DNA of 64,000 nucleotides from Bacteroidota bacterium (GTDB taxonomy: Bacteria > Bacteroidota > Bacteroidia > Chitinophagales > Chitinophagaceae): contig JBEHZB010000006.1 of NCBI GenBank assembly GCA_048497855.1, positions 108,153-172,152 on the forward strand, read 5' to 3'. Shown here in pieces: positions 1 to 9,188 of this stretch. Within the stretch, counting starts at the first letter, position 1, and each line of letters opens with the position of its first letter. The translations under genes and the position numbers were made by a program. The notes beneath the pieces were generated by a model, which saw nothing but the letters and a program-made list of their open reading frames with translations, searched no databases and was not told the origin of the DNA.

Positions 1-5
1 AACGA

Positions 6-74
6 TCAATGTTCAATGCTCAATGTTCAAATACTGCACACCTTGAAAATTGAACATTGATAGTTGAACATTGA
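6..74. repeat. inverted pair of heptamer-word arrays (tcaatgt-type), 25-nt arms, 19-nt spacer
   Basis: The arm 6-30 (tcaatgttcaatgctcaatgttcaa) matches the reverse complement of 50-74 at 22/25 positions. The repeat ends 10 nt upstream of the cutC ATG. Confidence 0.8.
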
Positions 75-83
75 AAATTTCTT

Positions 84-830
84 ATGACCTACCAGTTAGA
101 AGTTATTGCCTTTACCATCGAAAGCTGCATTGCTGCTCAATCTTCCGGTGCACACAGGATTGAGCTGTGCGATAACCCCGGCGATGGCGGCACCACTCCT
201 TCTTATGGTTTTATAAAAGCGGCGAGGAAAAATGTGTCGATAGAATTGTATCCTATCATTCGTCCGCGGGGTGGGGATTTTTTATACAGCGATGCTGAGT
301 TTGAGATCATGCAAACAGATATACAATTATGCAAGCAGTTGGGTTGCGATGGCGTAGTGATCGGTATGCTGCATGCTGATGGAAGTGTAGATAAAGAGCG
401 CTGCAAAAAATTGGTGGAACTGGCTTACCCGATGGGTGTTACGTTTCACCGGGCATTCGACAGAACGAGTGATGCAGCAAAAGCATTGGAAGATATCATT
501 GCCATCGGCTGCGAAAGGATATTAACTTCCGGCCTGCGGCCAAATGCTATGGATGGCGCTGCAACAATTGCACAACTGATACAAAAGGCCGATGAAAGAA
601 TAATCATCATGCCAGGCAGCGGTGTTCGTGCGGATAATATAATTGAATTGGCAAAGCAAACCGGCGCTGTTGAGTTTCATACTTCGGCAAGAACATTTGT
701 AGATAGCAAGATGAATTACAACAATGAAAGCATGAAGGAAAATTTAAAAACTGTTACCTTGGATGTTAGCGAAGTAAAGAAAATCATTACTTCGTTAAAT
801 GATCATTTCACCGCAGAGAACAAGAGTTAA
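84..830 (+). CDS. cutC: copper homeostasis protein CutC
   Basis: 248-aa ORF collinear with E. coli CutC. Recognisable blocks are HRIELC, GGTTPS, IIRPRGGDFLYSD, VTFHRAFD and ILTSG. Confidence 0.85.
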   Translation: MTYQLEVIAFTIESCIAAQSSGAHRIELCDNPGDGGTTPSYGFIKAARKNVSIELYPIIRPRGGDFLYSDAEFEIMQTDIQLCKQLGCDGVVIGMLHADGSVDKERCKKLVELAYPMGVTFHRAFDRTSDAAKALEDIIAIGCERILTSGLRPNAMDGAATIAQLIQKADERIIIMPGSGVRADNIIELAKQTGAVEFHTSARTFVDSKMNYNNESMKENLKTVTLDVSEVKKIITSLNDHFTAENKS

Positions 831-889
831 TAAGAGGTTTCGCAGAGACACTCCGCGTAACCTCTGCCCTCTCTGCTCTCCGCGGTAAA
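806..889. repeat. GC-rich word hairpin (caccgcagag / ctctgc..gcggt arms with nested inner hairpin)
   Basis: tttcaccgcagagaacaagag (806-826) pairs imperfectly with ctctctgctctccgcggtaaa (870-889). The left arm encodes the last codons of cutC. An A-run follows. Confidence 0.55.
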
Positions 890-899
890 AAAAAACAAC

Positions 900-3491
900 A
901 TGCGCTTATTACTCTTACTATTTTTCGCATTCCCTTTTTCTGTTGCTGCACAAAATAATTCCATCGAACTTAACAGCCACTGGCAATTCCGTAAAGAAGC
1001 CGACAGTAAATGGTATAAAGCAACAGTGCCCGGCACCATACATACCGACCTGTTCAACAACAAACTCATCCCCGATCCTTTTTACAGCAACAATGAATAT
1101 AAACTGCAGTGGATAGATTCCGTGAATTGGGAATACCAAACTGTTTTTAATGTAGAAGAAAAACTATTTGCCAAACAAAATATCGACCTGGATTTTGATG
1201 GTCTTGATACCTACGCTGATGTTTATCTCAATGGTAAGCTTATTTTACAGGCCAACAATATGTTCAGGGGCTGGACAATTCCTGTAAAACCATTTTTAAA
1301 AAGAACGAACAATATTTTACGGGTCAAATTCTTCTCTGCTCAAAATAAAGTGGACAGTATTGCAAAAAGCAGGTTGCCATTGGTATTGCCGGATAATAAC
1401 AGGGTGTATGCCCGTAAAGCGCAGTTCCAGTTTGGCTGGGACTGGGGGCCAAAATTTGTCGGATGCGGCATCTGGAAGAAAGTAAAACTGGAAGGATGGA
1501 ACAAACTGAAGATCGAACATTATCAAAACAAACTTTTAAGGATCGAAAATGATACTGCATTCATAGAAACGAGGATCAAACTGAAAGGGAATGTATATGA
1601 TAAAATGCACCTGGCATTTTCTTCTTTTAAGATGAAGAATTATTATAGTACAGGCACGTTCTTACATTTGGACAGCAGTAAATTAGAGCACCATGTTGTA
1701 TCCTATATCCCCCTTAGCCAATACACAGTAACTGAAGGCAGTGAAGTAATTGTAAACTGGGAAATTGCAACGCCTCATTTATGGAACAACAATGATGCTG
1801 ATAACAATTATAACTGCAGCATTACTATTTATGAGAAAGACAAAGCTATTGATGAAATAGATTTTGATTACTCACCTACCAATACAAAACTCATTCAGCA
1901 ACCTGATTCTATCGGCACTTCCTTTTATTTTGAAAAAGATGGGCAGCCTGTTTATATGAAAGGGGCCAACTGGATACCGGGTGATATTTTTTTACCACGG
2001 TTAAAAAAAGAAGATTACAGAAGAATGCTGCAAAGCGCCAAAGATGCCAACATGAATATGCTGCGGGTTTGGGGCGGTGGTGTGTATGAGGCAGATGAAT
2101 TTTATGAGCTCTGCGATTCAATGGGGATAATGGTTTGGCAGGATCTTATGTTTGCCGGGGGCATGTATCCTGGTGATGACGCTTTTATGAAGAATGTAAA
2201 AGAAGAAATAAGATACCAGGTACAGCGATTGCGCAATCATAACTGCATCGTTCTTTGGTGCGGCAATAATGAAATAGATGAAGCCTGGCACAACTGGGGC
2301 TGGCAGGAGCAATTCAATTTGCATGGTGCAGATTCGGCTAAAATATGGAACGATTATGAGCGGTTATTTGAAGACAGTTTGCAAACATGGATAAATGAAT
2401 TTGATGGCACAAGGCCGTATGTTTCTACATCACCGAAGAATGGCTGGGGGCACAAAGAAAGTTTTACCGAAGGCGACAGCCACTATTGGGGCATCTGGTG
2501 GGGGCTGGAAGATTGGGAAGCATTCAAAAATAAAACAGGAAGATTTGTAAGCGAATACGGCATGCAGGCTATGCCCAATATGAATACAATAAAAAGCTAT
2601 GCTGATTCTTTCGATCGCTATTTATATTCTCCTGCAATTAAAGCGCATCAAAAAGCGAATGATGGTTTTAATAAACTGAATTATTATCTCAACCGGTATT
2701 TCATCGATTCCAATAAACTAAAAAAACTTTCGCTGGAAGAATACACTTATCTAACTCAATGTCTTCAATATTATATTTTGAAGAACAGCATTGCGTTGCA
2801 TCGCAATAAATATCCTGCAAACATGGGTACTTTACTATGGCAGCTAAATGACTGCTGGCCCGTAACAAGCTGGAGCATTACGGATTACAGCAGGCAGCCA
2901 AAAGCAGCTTGGTATGCTGTTAAGCAAGCTTATGATGATACTTATTTCGAAATGCGCATGCAGGATTCTTCTTTTATGGTAGCGTTGCATTCACCGGAAT
3001 TAGCCAATGGAAAAGACGTGAAATATTCTGTTTACGATAGCAAAGGAAAGATCATACAGGCATTTTCAGATTCACTGGATACGGAATGGAAGGAAACAGG
3101 TTTTCAACCGTGGATAATGGGCAATAAAATAAACTACGATACAGCTGCATTCAAAAAAGAACTCAATATCAATTTTGCTGATGTAATTATCAATGCTGCA
3201 TTGATCGACCGCGAAAAGAAACTTACGCTTGCTGATAATACATACTATCCGTATTATCCTAAAGATATGCCGCTGTCGAAATCCAACATATCATTAACAT
3301 TGAAACAAAATACATTAACCATCTCTGCGGATTCTATTGCAAGATTTGTTTACCTGGAAATGCCGGGCATAACATTCAGCGATAATTATTTTGACCTGCT
3401 GCCCGGCCAAACGAAGACGATCACCGTAAATAATTATGTTGATGTCAAGAAAATAAAACTGACAACATTATACGATGTGCTAAACAAATAA
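900..3491 (+). CDS. glycoside hydrolase family 2, beta-mannosidase-like
   Basis: 863-aa ORF with signal peptide MRLLLLLFFAFPFSVAAQ. N-terminal WQFRK..ATVPGTIHTDL..DPFY block, LRVWGGGVYE, CGNNE (acid/base region) and SEYGMQ (nucleophile region) are typical of GH2 beta-mannosidases. Confidence 0.8.
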   Translation: MRLLLLLFFAFPFSVAAQNNSIELNSHWQFRKEADSKWYKATVPGTIHTDLFNNKLIPDPFYSNNEYKLQWIDSVNWEYQTVFNVEEKLFAKQNIDLDFDGLDTYADVYLNGKLILQANNMFRGWTIPVKPFLKRTNNILRVKFFSAQNKVDSIAKSRLPLVLPDNNRVYARKAQFQFGWDWGPKFVGCGIWKKVKLEGWNKLKIEHYQNKLLRIENDTAFIETRIKLKGNVYDKMHLAFSSFKMKNYYSTGTFLHLDSSKLEHHVVSYIPLSQYTVTEGSEVIVNWEIATPHLWNNNDADNNYNCSITIYEKDKAIDEIDFDYSPTNTKLIQQPDSIGTSFYFEKDGQPVYMKGANWIPGDIFLPRLKKEDYRRMLQSAKDANMNMLRVWGGGVYEADEFYELCDSMGIMVWQDLMFAGGMYPGDDAFMKNVKEEIRYQVQRLRNHNCIVLWCGNNEIDEAWHNWGWQEQFNLHGADSAKIWNDYERLFEDSLQTWINEFDGTRPYVSTSPKNGWGHKESFTEGDSHYWGIWWGLEDWEAFKNKTGRFVSEYGMQAMPNMNTIKSYADSFDRYLYSPAIKAHQKANDGFNKLNYYLNRYFIDSNKLKKLSLEEYTYLTQCLQYYILKNSIALHRNKYPANMGTLLWQLNDCWPVTSWSITDYSRQPKAAWYAVKQAYDDTYFEMRMQDSSFMVALHSPELANGKDVKYSVYDSKGKIIQAFSDSLDTEWKETGFQPWIMGNKINYDTAAFKKELNINFADVIINAALIDREKKLTLADNTYYPYYPKDMPLSKSNISLTLKQNTLTISADSIARFVYLEMPGITFSDNYFDLLPGQTKTITVNNYVDVKKIKLTTLYDVLNK

Positions 3492-3492
3492 A

Positions 3493-4008
3493 ATGGCTGC
3501 ATTCGATCTGCAATATCAATTATTAAAAGAGCATTCAAAAGCGCAGTGTCTCCGCATTGTTAAATGGGTGGGTAATGATCAGAAGCGCTTTGATGAATTG
3601 TTCCATATCTTTTTAACCGGCGAGTATCGTCAAGTGCAGCATGCAGCATGGCCGGTAAGCTATTGTGTTATTGCACAACCGCAATTCATTAAAAAACACT
3701 GGAGCAGGTTGATAAAGAATTTACAAAAACCCGGCATTCATGATGCAGTAAAGCGCAACAGCATAAGGCTGTTACAGGATATCGATATCCCTGCCAAATA
3801 CCGGGGAGAGCTGATGGATATTTGTTTCCGGTATTTAGCCTCGCCAACAGAACCTATAGCAGTAAAGGTTTTCTCCATGACAGTGCTGGCAAATCTTGCA
3901 AAAGAATATCCTGAAATATTACCGGAATTGAAGTTATTGATAGAAGAACAACTGCCGCATCAATCCGCGGGTTTTAAAAGCCGTGCAAAGAAAATACTCA
4001 GCCTTTAG
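3493..4008 (+). CDS. hypothetical protein (possibly helical-repeat, DNA-alkylation-repair-like; function not supported)
   Basis: 171-aa ORF starting 1 nt after the GH2 stop, which suggests translational coupling. I recognise no diagnostic motif. It overlaps the ndh 3' end convergently by 11 nt. Confidence 0.5.
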   Translation: MAAFDLQYQLLKEHSKAQCLRIVKWVGNDQKRFDELFHIFLTGEYRQVQHAAWPVSYCVIAQPQFIKKHWSRLIKNLQKPGIHDAVKRNSIRLLQDIDIPAKYRGELMDICFRYLASPTEPIAVKVFSMTVLANLAKEYPEILPELKLLIEEQLPHQSAGFKSRAKKILSL

Positions 4009-5275
4009 GTTTTTGTGCCGGCCCCATATCTTTAAATATCAGGCGCAGGTTTTGATCACGTGTAAAATAATTATACACCCAGTTGATAAATACAAAGAAC
4101 CTGTTCTTAACGCCTAATATCAGCATCAGGTGCAGCGACATCCATATCATCCACGCAAAGAAGCCTCCAAAATGTAATTTAGGTTTGGGCATATCTACTA
4201 CAGCAAGGTTGCGCCCTACTGTTGCCATGCTGCCTTTATCGTTGTACACAAATTCTTCCAGTTGTTTATCGCTGCTTTTCATTTCTACCCGGCGAAGGTT
4301 CTGCGCCAGCATATCTGCCTGCTGCATCGCAACCGGAGCTAATTGCGGATGCCCGTTGGGATAAGCGGGCTCTTCCATATAGGCCACATCCCCTATTGCA
4401 TATATATCGGGAAAACCGATCACCTGGCAATGCCTGTCAATTTTTATACGATTACCTTTAGCTATAAGATCTTTATTGATGCCTTCGGGCACATTGCCCT
4501 TTACACCTGCGGCCCAGATCACTGTTGAAGTTTCGATGATCTCCCCGTTTTGCAAGGTTGCTTTTTCTCCATCATAATCTTTAAGGATGGTATTGGTCAA
4601 AACTTTTACACCCAGTTTCTCCAAATATTTCCGGGATTGCTCACTCGATTTTTCACTCATCACGCCCAATGTTTTACCTGTACCTTCCAGAAGATAGATC
4701 TTCATTAAAGAGAAATCCAGTTCGGGGTAATCTTTAGGCAATACAAAGCGGCGCATATCGGCAATAGCACCACTTAATTCTACACCCGTTGGCCCGCCGC
4801 CTACTACCACAATATTCATTAAGCGTTGCAGTTTATTTACATCGGCATTTACGGCTTCTTCAAAATTATTGAGCAGGCAGTAGCGCAGTTGCAATGCTTC
4901 CAGGGTACTTTTCATGGGCAATGCATGATCTATTAAATTCTTATTGCCGAAGAAATTGGTATCGGCGCCGGTAGCAATTACCAATGCATCAAATTCGTAT
5001 GTGCCGATATCGGTTACCACTTTTTTATCTGCTGTATTTACCTGCAATACTTCCGCCATCCGGAAGCGTACATTTTTACTTTTATGAAAAACCTTCCGCA
5101 ACGGGAAAGAGATATTGCTGGCATCGAGGCCAGCTGTAGCTACCTGGTAAAATAAAGGTTGAAACTGGTGAAAGTTATACCGGTCAATTAATGTTACATC
5201 AAAACCGGGTTTATTGCTGAGTTTGCGTGCCAGTCGTAAGCCTCCGAATCCCCCGCCTATTATAATGAGTTTCAT
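3998..5275 (-). CDS. ndh: type II NADH:quinone oxidoreductase (NDH-2), FAD/NAD(P)-binding
   Basis: 425-aa ORF with N-terminal Rossmann motif IIGGGFGG and second dinucleotide motif VVGGGPTGVE. Length and C-terminal membrane-anchoring helices are typical of NDH-2. Confidence 0.85.
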   Translation of the reverse strand: MKLIIIGGGFGGLRLARKLSNKPGFDVTLIDRYNFHQFQPLFYQVATAGLDASNISFPLRKVFHKSKNVRFRMAEVLQVNTADKKVVTDIGTYEFDALVIATGADTNFFGNKNLIDHALPMKSTLEALQLRYCLLNNFEEAVNADVNKLQRLMNIVVVGGGPTGVELSGAIADMRRFVLPKDYPELDFSLMKIYLLEGTGKTLGVMSEKSSEQSRKYLEKLGVKVLTNTILKDYDGEKATLQNGEIIETSTVIWAAGVKGNVPEGINKDLIAKGNRIKIDRHCQVIGFPDIYAIGDVAYMEEPAYPNGHPQLAPVAMQQADMLAQNLRRVEMKSSDKQLEEFVYNDKGSMATVGRNLAVVDMPKPKLHFGGFFAWMIWMSLHLMLILGVKNRFFVFINWVYNYFTRDQNLRLIFKDMGPAQKPKG

Positions 5276-5538
5276 AGTTGTTTGTTTACAGTGTAAAGGT
5301 ACACAATTTTCAATAAATATTGAAAATATTAAAAGCGGACGGGGATTGGTTTGATTTGATGATTAAAAGGATTTTTTCACGCAAAGGCGCAAAGAAGAAA
5401 TGTTTGTTAACCTCACCCCAACCCCTCTCCTTTAGGAGAGGGAACTGGAAGACTAAAGAGAAGATCACATTTTACTATTCAACTTCAATCGCTTTGATCT
5501 TCTACGTGGTTCCCCCTTTAGGGGGCGGAGGGGGTGTT

Positions 5539-6777
5539 TTAATACAACATCCTCACCTTAATAGTCGCTTTTACTTTTTTCAGCAGTTCCAGTGCATTTT
5601 TGCTGAGGTGCTTGTCAACATCCAGCACCACATAACCAATACTGTCATTGGTTTTAAGGTATTGTCCCAGGATGTTGATCTTGTTCTTGCTGAGTTGTGT
5701 ATTGATCTCGGATAACACACCGGGAACATTATTATGTATATGCAGGATGCGATGCGTTCCTTCCTGTGGCGGTAAAGCCAGCGCAGGTACGGTGTGCGAG
5801 CCGGTGCTTATTCCCTTCTCTAAATAATTGAATAATTTACTGCTTACATCATCGCCGATATTATGTTGCGCTTCCTGTGTGCTGCCGCCGATATGCGGTG
5901 TAAGCAATACATTGCTGAGATCCTGCAATGGTGTGGTAAAAGCATCGCCATTCTTTTCGGGCTCTACCGGAAATACATCTATTGCCGCTCCGCCAAGTTG
6001 TCCATCCAGCAATGCTTTTCGCAAAGCATCCAGGTCAACCACTTCGCCACGGGCGTAATTAATAAGTATGGCGCCTTGTTTAAAATATTTGAGCGTGCTT
6101 TTATTAATGAGATTTTTAGTGCTGTTCAGTTCCGGTACATGCAAAGTGATGATATCTGCTTTGCTTACTACTTCTTTCAATGTTTTCCTGTCTTCCGCAT
6201 TTCCCAGCGGCAGCTTTGTTTCCACATCATAAAAAATAACTTTCATGCCCAGCCCTTCTGCCAGTACACTTACCTGGCTGCCGATATTTCCATACCCTAT
6301 GATGCCCAATGTTTTGCCCCGCAGTTCGTAACTGCCGCTGGCTTCCTTCAGCCATTTGCCTTCGTGCGCTGCTTTGTTCTTATCAATGATGCGGCGTATC
6401 AGCATAATGGAAGCGCCGATCACCAGTTCGGCCACGCTCCTGGTATTGCTGTAAGGTGCATTAAACACAACCACGCCGCTTTTTGTAGCCGCTTTCAGGT
6501 CCACCTGGTTCACACCGATACAAAAGCAGCCGATGGCCTGCAGTTTTGTTGCAGCATCCAGTACTTTTTTGGTGATCATTGTTTTACTGCGGATACCTAA
6601 TAAATGTACATCCTTAACAGCCGCTATTAATTCTTCTTCGCTTAATGCGCCGTTCAGCTTTTTTACATTTACATAACCTGCTGCATTGAAGTGTTTTACC
6701 GCTACATCACTGATGTTCTCTAAAAAAAGGATATTGATCTTTTCCTTGGGATAACTTGTTATTTTTTTGTCTGCCAT
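5539..6777 (-). CDS. serA: D-3-phosphoglycerate dehydrogenase (long form with C-terminal ACT domain)
   Basis: 412-aa ORF, the same length class as E. coli SerA. It has the GIIGYGNIG NAD-binding motif, 2-hydroxyacid dehydrogenase catalytic region (ARGEVVD, TPHIGGST) and an ACT-like C-terminus. Confidence 0.9.
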   Translation of the reverse strand: MADKKITSYPKEKINILFLENISDVAVKHFNAAGYVNVKKLNGALSEEELIAAVKDVHLLGIRSKTMITKKVLDAATKLQAIGCFCIGVNQVDLKAATKSGVVVFNAPYSNTRSVAELVIGASIMLIRRIIDKNKAAHEGKWLKEASGSYELRGKTLGIIGYGNIGSQVSVLAEGLGMKVIFYDVETKLPLGNAEDRKTLKEVVSKADIITLHVPELNSTKNLINKSTLKYFKQGAILINYARGEVVDLDALRKALLDGQLGGAAIDVFPVEPEKNGDAFTTPLQDLSNVLLTPHIGGSTQEAQHNIGDDVSSKLFNYLEKGISTGSHTVPALALPPQEGTHRILHIHNNVPGVLSEINTQLSKNKINILGQYLKTNDSIGYVVLDVDKHLSKNALELLKKVKATIKVRMLY

Positions 6778-6874
6778 ATGTTTAACTCCTTATTTTGCAC
6801 AAATATATTCCATCTCCGCCTTACTTATGTTACGAGCTTTAAGATCCATATTCAATATTGCACCTGCTATTGTA

Positions 6875-8188
6875 ATGAAATCCTTTACGATATCACTATA
6901 TGCAACTTTATTTTGCTTTGTTGCTTTTTTTGCTTCCTGTACTTCTTCTTCTTCAAAAAATTCGGCAGCCAAAGACAGCAGCGCCATCATTGAATTGCCG
7001 AAACCTGTGCCTATAGCAGCGGCAGAAGCAGCAAGGATAAGGGCAGCCTGCGAAGCCTGGTATGATACCGTATTGAAAGTGAAAGGCTTTAACGGCGGAA
7101 TGATCGTTGCGAAGAACGGCAATATCATTTTTGAAAAATATTCCGGCACGGCGCACTTACCCGGCAGGGATACCATTACTGCCAACACCGCTTTGCAGAT
7201 CGCTTCTACTTCAAAAACGTTTACGGCAATGGCTGTTTTAAAACTGCAGCAGGATGGCAAACTGAATATTGATGAGGAGTTCGGCAAATATTTTCCGCAG
7301 TTCAATTACCCGGGTGTTACCATACGAACACTGCTGAACCATCGCAGCGGGTTGCCTAATTATACCCATTTTTTAGAGCAGATGAATTGGGATAAAACGA
7401 AGATCGCCACCAACCAGGATATCCTTGATTTTTTAATTCAGCATAAGGCGGAATTCACAGATATCGGAACACCGAATGTTCATTTCTCTTATTGCAACAC
7501 TAATTTTTCTTTGCTGGCATTGCTGATAGAAAAAGTTACGGGAGAAAAATATGCTGCTTATCTGAAACAAGCTTTTTTTGATCCATTGCAGATGACGCAT
7601 ACGTATGTACTGGATATGGCTGACAGTATTACAGCGCCGCCAAGCTATGACTGGAAGGGCGGGCTCATCCCTTTTAATTTCCTGGATGCGGTGTATGGCG
7701 ATAAGAATATTTATACTACTCCCCGCGACCTTTTAATTTGGGACAGGGCCTTGCGAAGCGGCAAGCTGTTTACGGCCGAAACATTGCAACAGGCTTATGC
7801 TCCTTACAGCAATGAAAAGCCCGGCGTTCATAATTATGGGCTGGGCTGGAGGATGAACATTTATCCCACAGGGAAAAAAATGATCTATCATAATGGCTGG
7901 TGGCATGGCAGCAATGCTGCTTTTATCAGGCTGCTGGATGAAGATGCTACTATAATAGTAATAGGCAACAGGTTTACCCGCAATGTTTATCATGCCCGTG
8001 CGCTGACAAGCCTTTTTGGCGATTATATGCAGGTAGAAGATGATGAGGCCGAGGGCTCAAAAACAACCGATTCATCCGCTATTGTCAAGCCGGTAAAGAA
8101 GAAAGCCCCAAAACCGGTAAAGCCTTCTCCTGAAACGACCACTAAAACAAAACCAAAAGCTAAGACTCCTGCAAAGAAACGCAGCTGA
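6875..8188 (+). CDS. serine hydrolase, class C beta-lactamase/PBP4-like family, lipoprotein with Lys/Pro-rich tail
   Basis: Start moved to the internal Met at 6875 (MKSFTISLYATLFCFVAFFASC, lipobox Cys), because the 6767 start would overlap serA. It has S-x-x-K (STSK) and Y-x-N (YCN) motifs. The C-terminal about 45 aa are K/P/T-rich low complexity. Confidence 0.8.
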   Translation: MKSFTISLYATLFCFVAFFASCTSSSSKNSAAKDSSAIIELPKPVPIAAAEAARIRAACEAWYDTVLKVKGFNGGMIVAKNGNIIFEKYSGTAHLPGRDTITANTALQIASTSKTFTAMAVLKLQQDGKLNIDEEFGKYFPQFNYPGVTIRTLLNHRSGLPNYTHFLEQMNWDKTKIATNQDILDFLIQHKAEFTDIGTPNVHFSYCNTNFSLLALLIEKVTGEKYAAYLKQAFFDPLQMTHTYVLDMADSITAPPSYDWKGGLIPFNFLDAVYGDKNIYTTPRDLLIWDRALRSGKLFTAETLQQAYAPYSNEKPGVHNYGLGWRMNIYPTGKKMIYHNGWWHGSNAAFIRLLDEDATIIVIGNRFTRNVYHARALTSLFGDYMQVEDDEAEGSKTTDSSAIVKPVKKKAPKPVKPSPETTTKTKPKAKTPAKKRS

Positions 8189-8229
8189 TTGCGGTAAAAA
8201 CGTTAGGAAAACTTTACCATAACCGCAAT
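8188..8229 (+). terminator. hairpin downstream of the serine hydrolase gene
   Basis: attgcgg/ccgcaat (7 bp) plus gtaaa/tttac (5 bp) stems with a bulge, beginning at the stop codon. A short T-stretch follows. Confidence 0.4.
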
Positions 8230-8334
8230 TTAAGGCAGGATATATGCAGGTTTTATACACATTCTGCATTAAACCGCATGTCAGATGCTGCTTTTTGCAT
8301 TTTTTTTCTTTATTTAGCGTTCCAACTTAACTAA

Positions 8335-9084
8335 ATGCTTAAAAAGGAACGCCAGGCCTATATCATACACCAGGTTAATCTCCACAATAAAGTATTGTCT
8401 GCTTCGCTCAGCAGCGATATCAATGTATCGGAAGATACGATCAGGAGAGATCTCCAGGAATTATCCAATACAGGCAAGCTTATTAAAGTACATGGCGGCG
8501 CCCTTTCCCGCTCTTTCGATAAAGTAACGCAGCCCACTACAAAAGTATATGCCCAGCACAGCAAGCGCATTGTAGCTGCCAAAGCCATCAGGCTGATAAA
8601 AGACGGTATGTTCGTACTTACCGGCGGCGGTACCACTATTATTGAGCTGGCACGGATGCTGCCACCTTCTTTATCGGCTACTTTTATTTCGGGCAGTATC
8701 CCGGCTATAGTAGAATACATGAATCATCCTTCCATAGATGTAATTGTTATCGGCGATAAGCTATCCAGGAATTCCAAGATAACATTAGGGGCAGATGCTT
8801 TGGCGAGAATAAAAACGCTCAAGCCCGACTTGTGCTTCCTGGGTATTAATGCTATTGACCTTTCGCATGGTATTACGGATAGCGACTGGGATGTTGTTCA
8901 ACTGAAACAAACCATGATCGCTTCATCGCAAAAAACGGTTTGCTTAACGATATCAGAAAAGATCAATACGCTTCAGCCGATACATATTTGCGACATCAAC
9001 AAGATAGATGTACTAATAACAGAACTGCCGCCGGAACATCCTATGCTTCAGCCCTATGTGGCTGCAGGCATTACGGTTTTGTAA
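8335..9084 (+). CDS. DeoR/GlpR family transcriptional regulator
   Basis: 249-aa ORF with an N-terminal DeoR-type HTH (RQAYIIHQVNLHNKVLSASLSSDINVSEDTIRRDLQEL) and a C-terminal sugar-phosphate sensor domain of the usual length. Confidence 0.85.
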   Translation: MLKKERQAYIIHQVNLHNKVLSASLSSDINVSEDTIRRDLQELSNTGKLIKVHGGALSRSFDKVTQPTTKVYAQHSKRIVAAKAIRLIKDGMFVLTGGGTTIIELARMLPPSLSATFISGSIPAIVEYMNHPSIDVIVIGDKLSRNSKITLGADALARIKTLKPDLCFLGINAIDLSHGITDSDWDVVQLKQTMIASSQKTVCLTISEKINTLQPIHICDINKIDVLITELPPEHPMLQPYVAAGITVL

Positions 9085-9188
9085 CCGGTATTAAAATACG
9101 ATAGAGACTGAAAAACCAATGATACAGAGAGCGCTGCCTCCACTCAGCGTTTCGCTTTAATTTTTTAAACAAACCAAATCAGATTGCT

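Noticed and set aside
3998-4008. 11-nt convergent overlap between 3493..4008(+) and ndh(-) as a possible antisense regulatory arrangement
   Set aside because: Short 3'-3' overlaps are common in compact genomes, and there is no additional structure to support a special mechanism.
5320-5715. 131-aa plus-strand ORF spanning the ndh-serA intergenic region
   Set aside because: It is translated from palindromic word repeats (SPQPLSFRRG, PPLGGGGG) and then runs antisense into serA. This is a known type of spurious ORF.
5863-6600. 245-aa ORF antisense to serA (also 5828..6058)
   Set aside because: It lies opposite a full-length, motif-rich SerA, and its Cys/Phe/Gln-rich composition is implausible.
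6767-6874. N-terminal extensions offered by the ORF track (6767 for the hydrolase, 20202 for pdeM, 25711 for the TBDR, 44436 for ytxJ, 55981 for GH5)
   Set aside because: In each case an internal Met is followed by a proper signal peptide or family-typical N-terminus. The extension overlaps a neighbouring gene or a repeat array.
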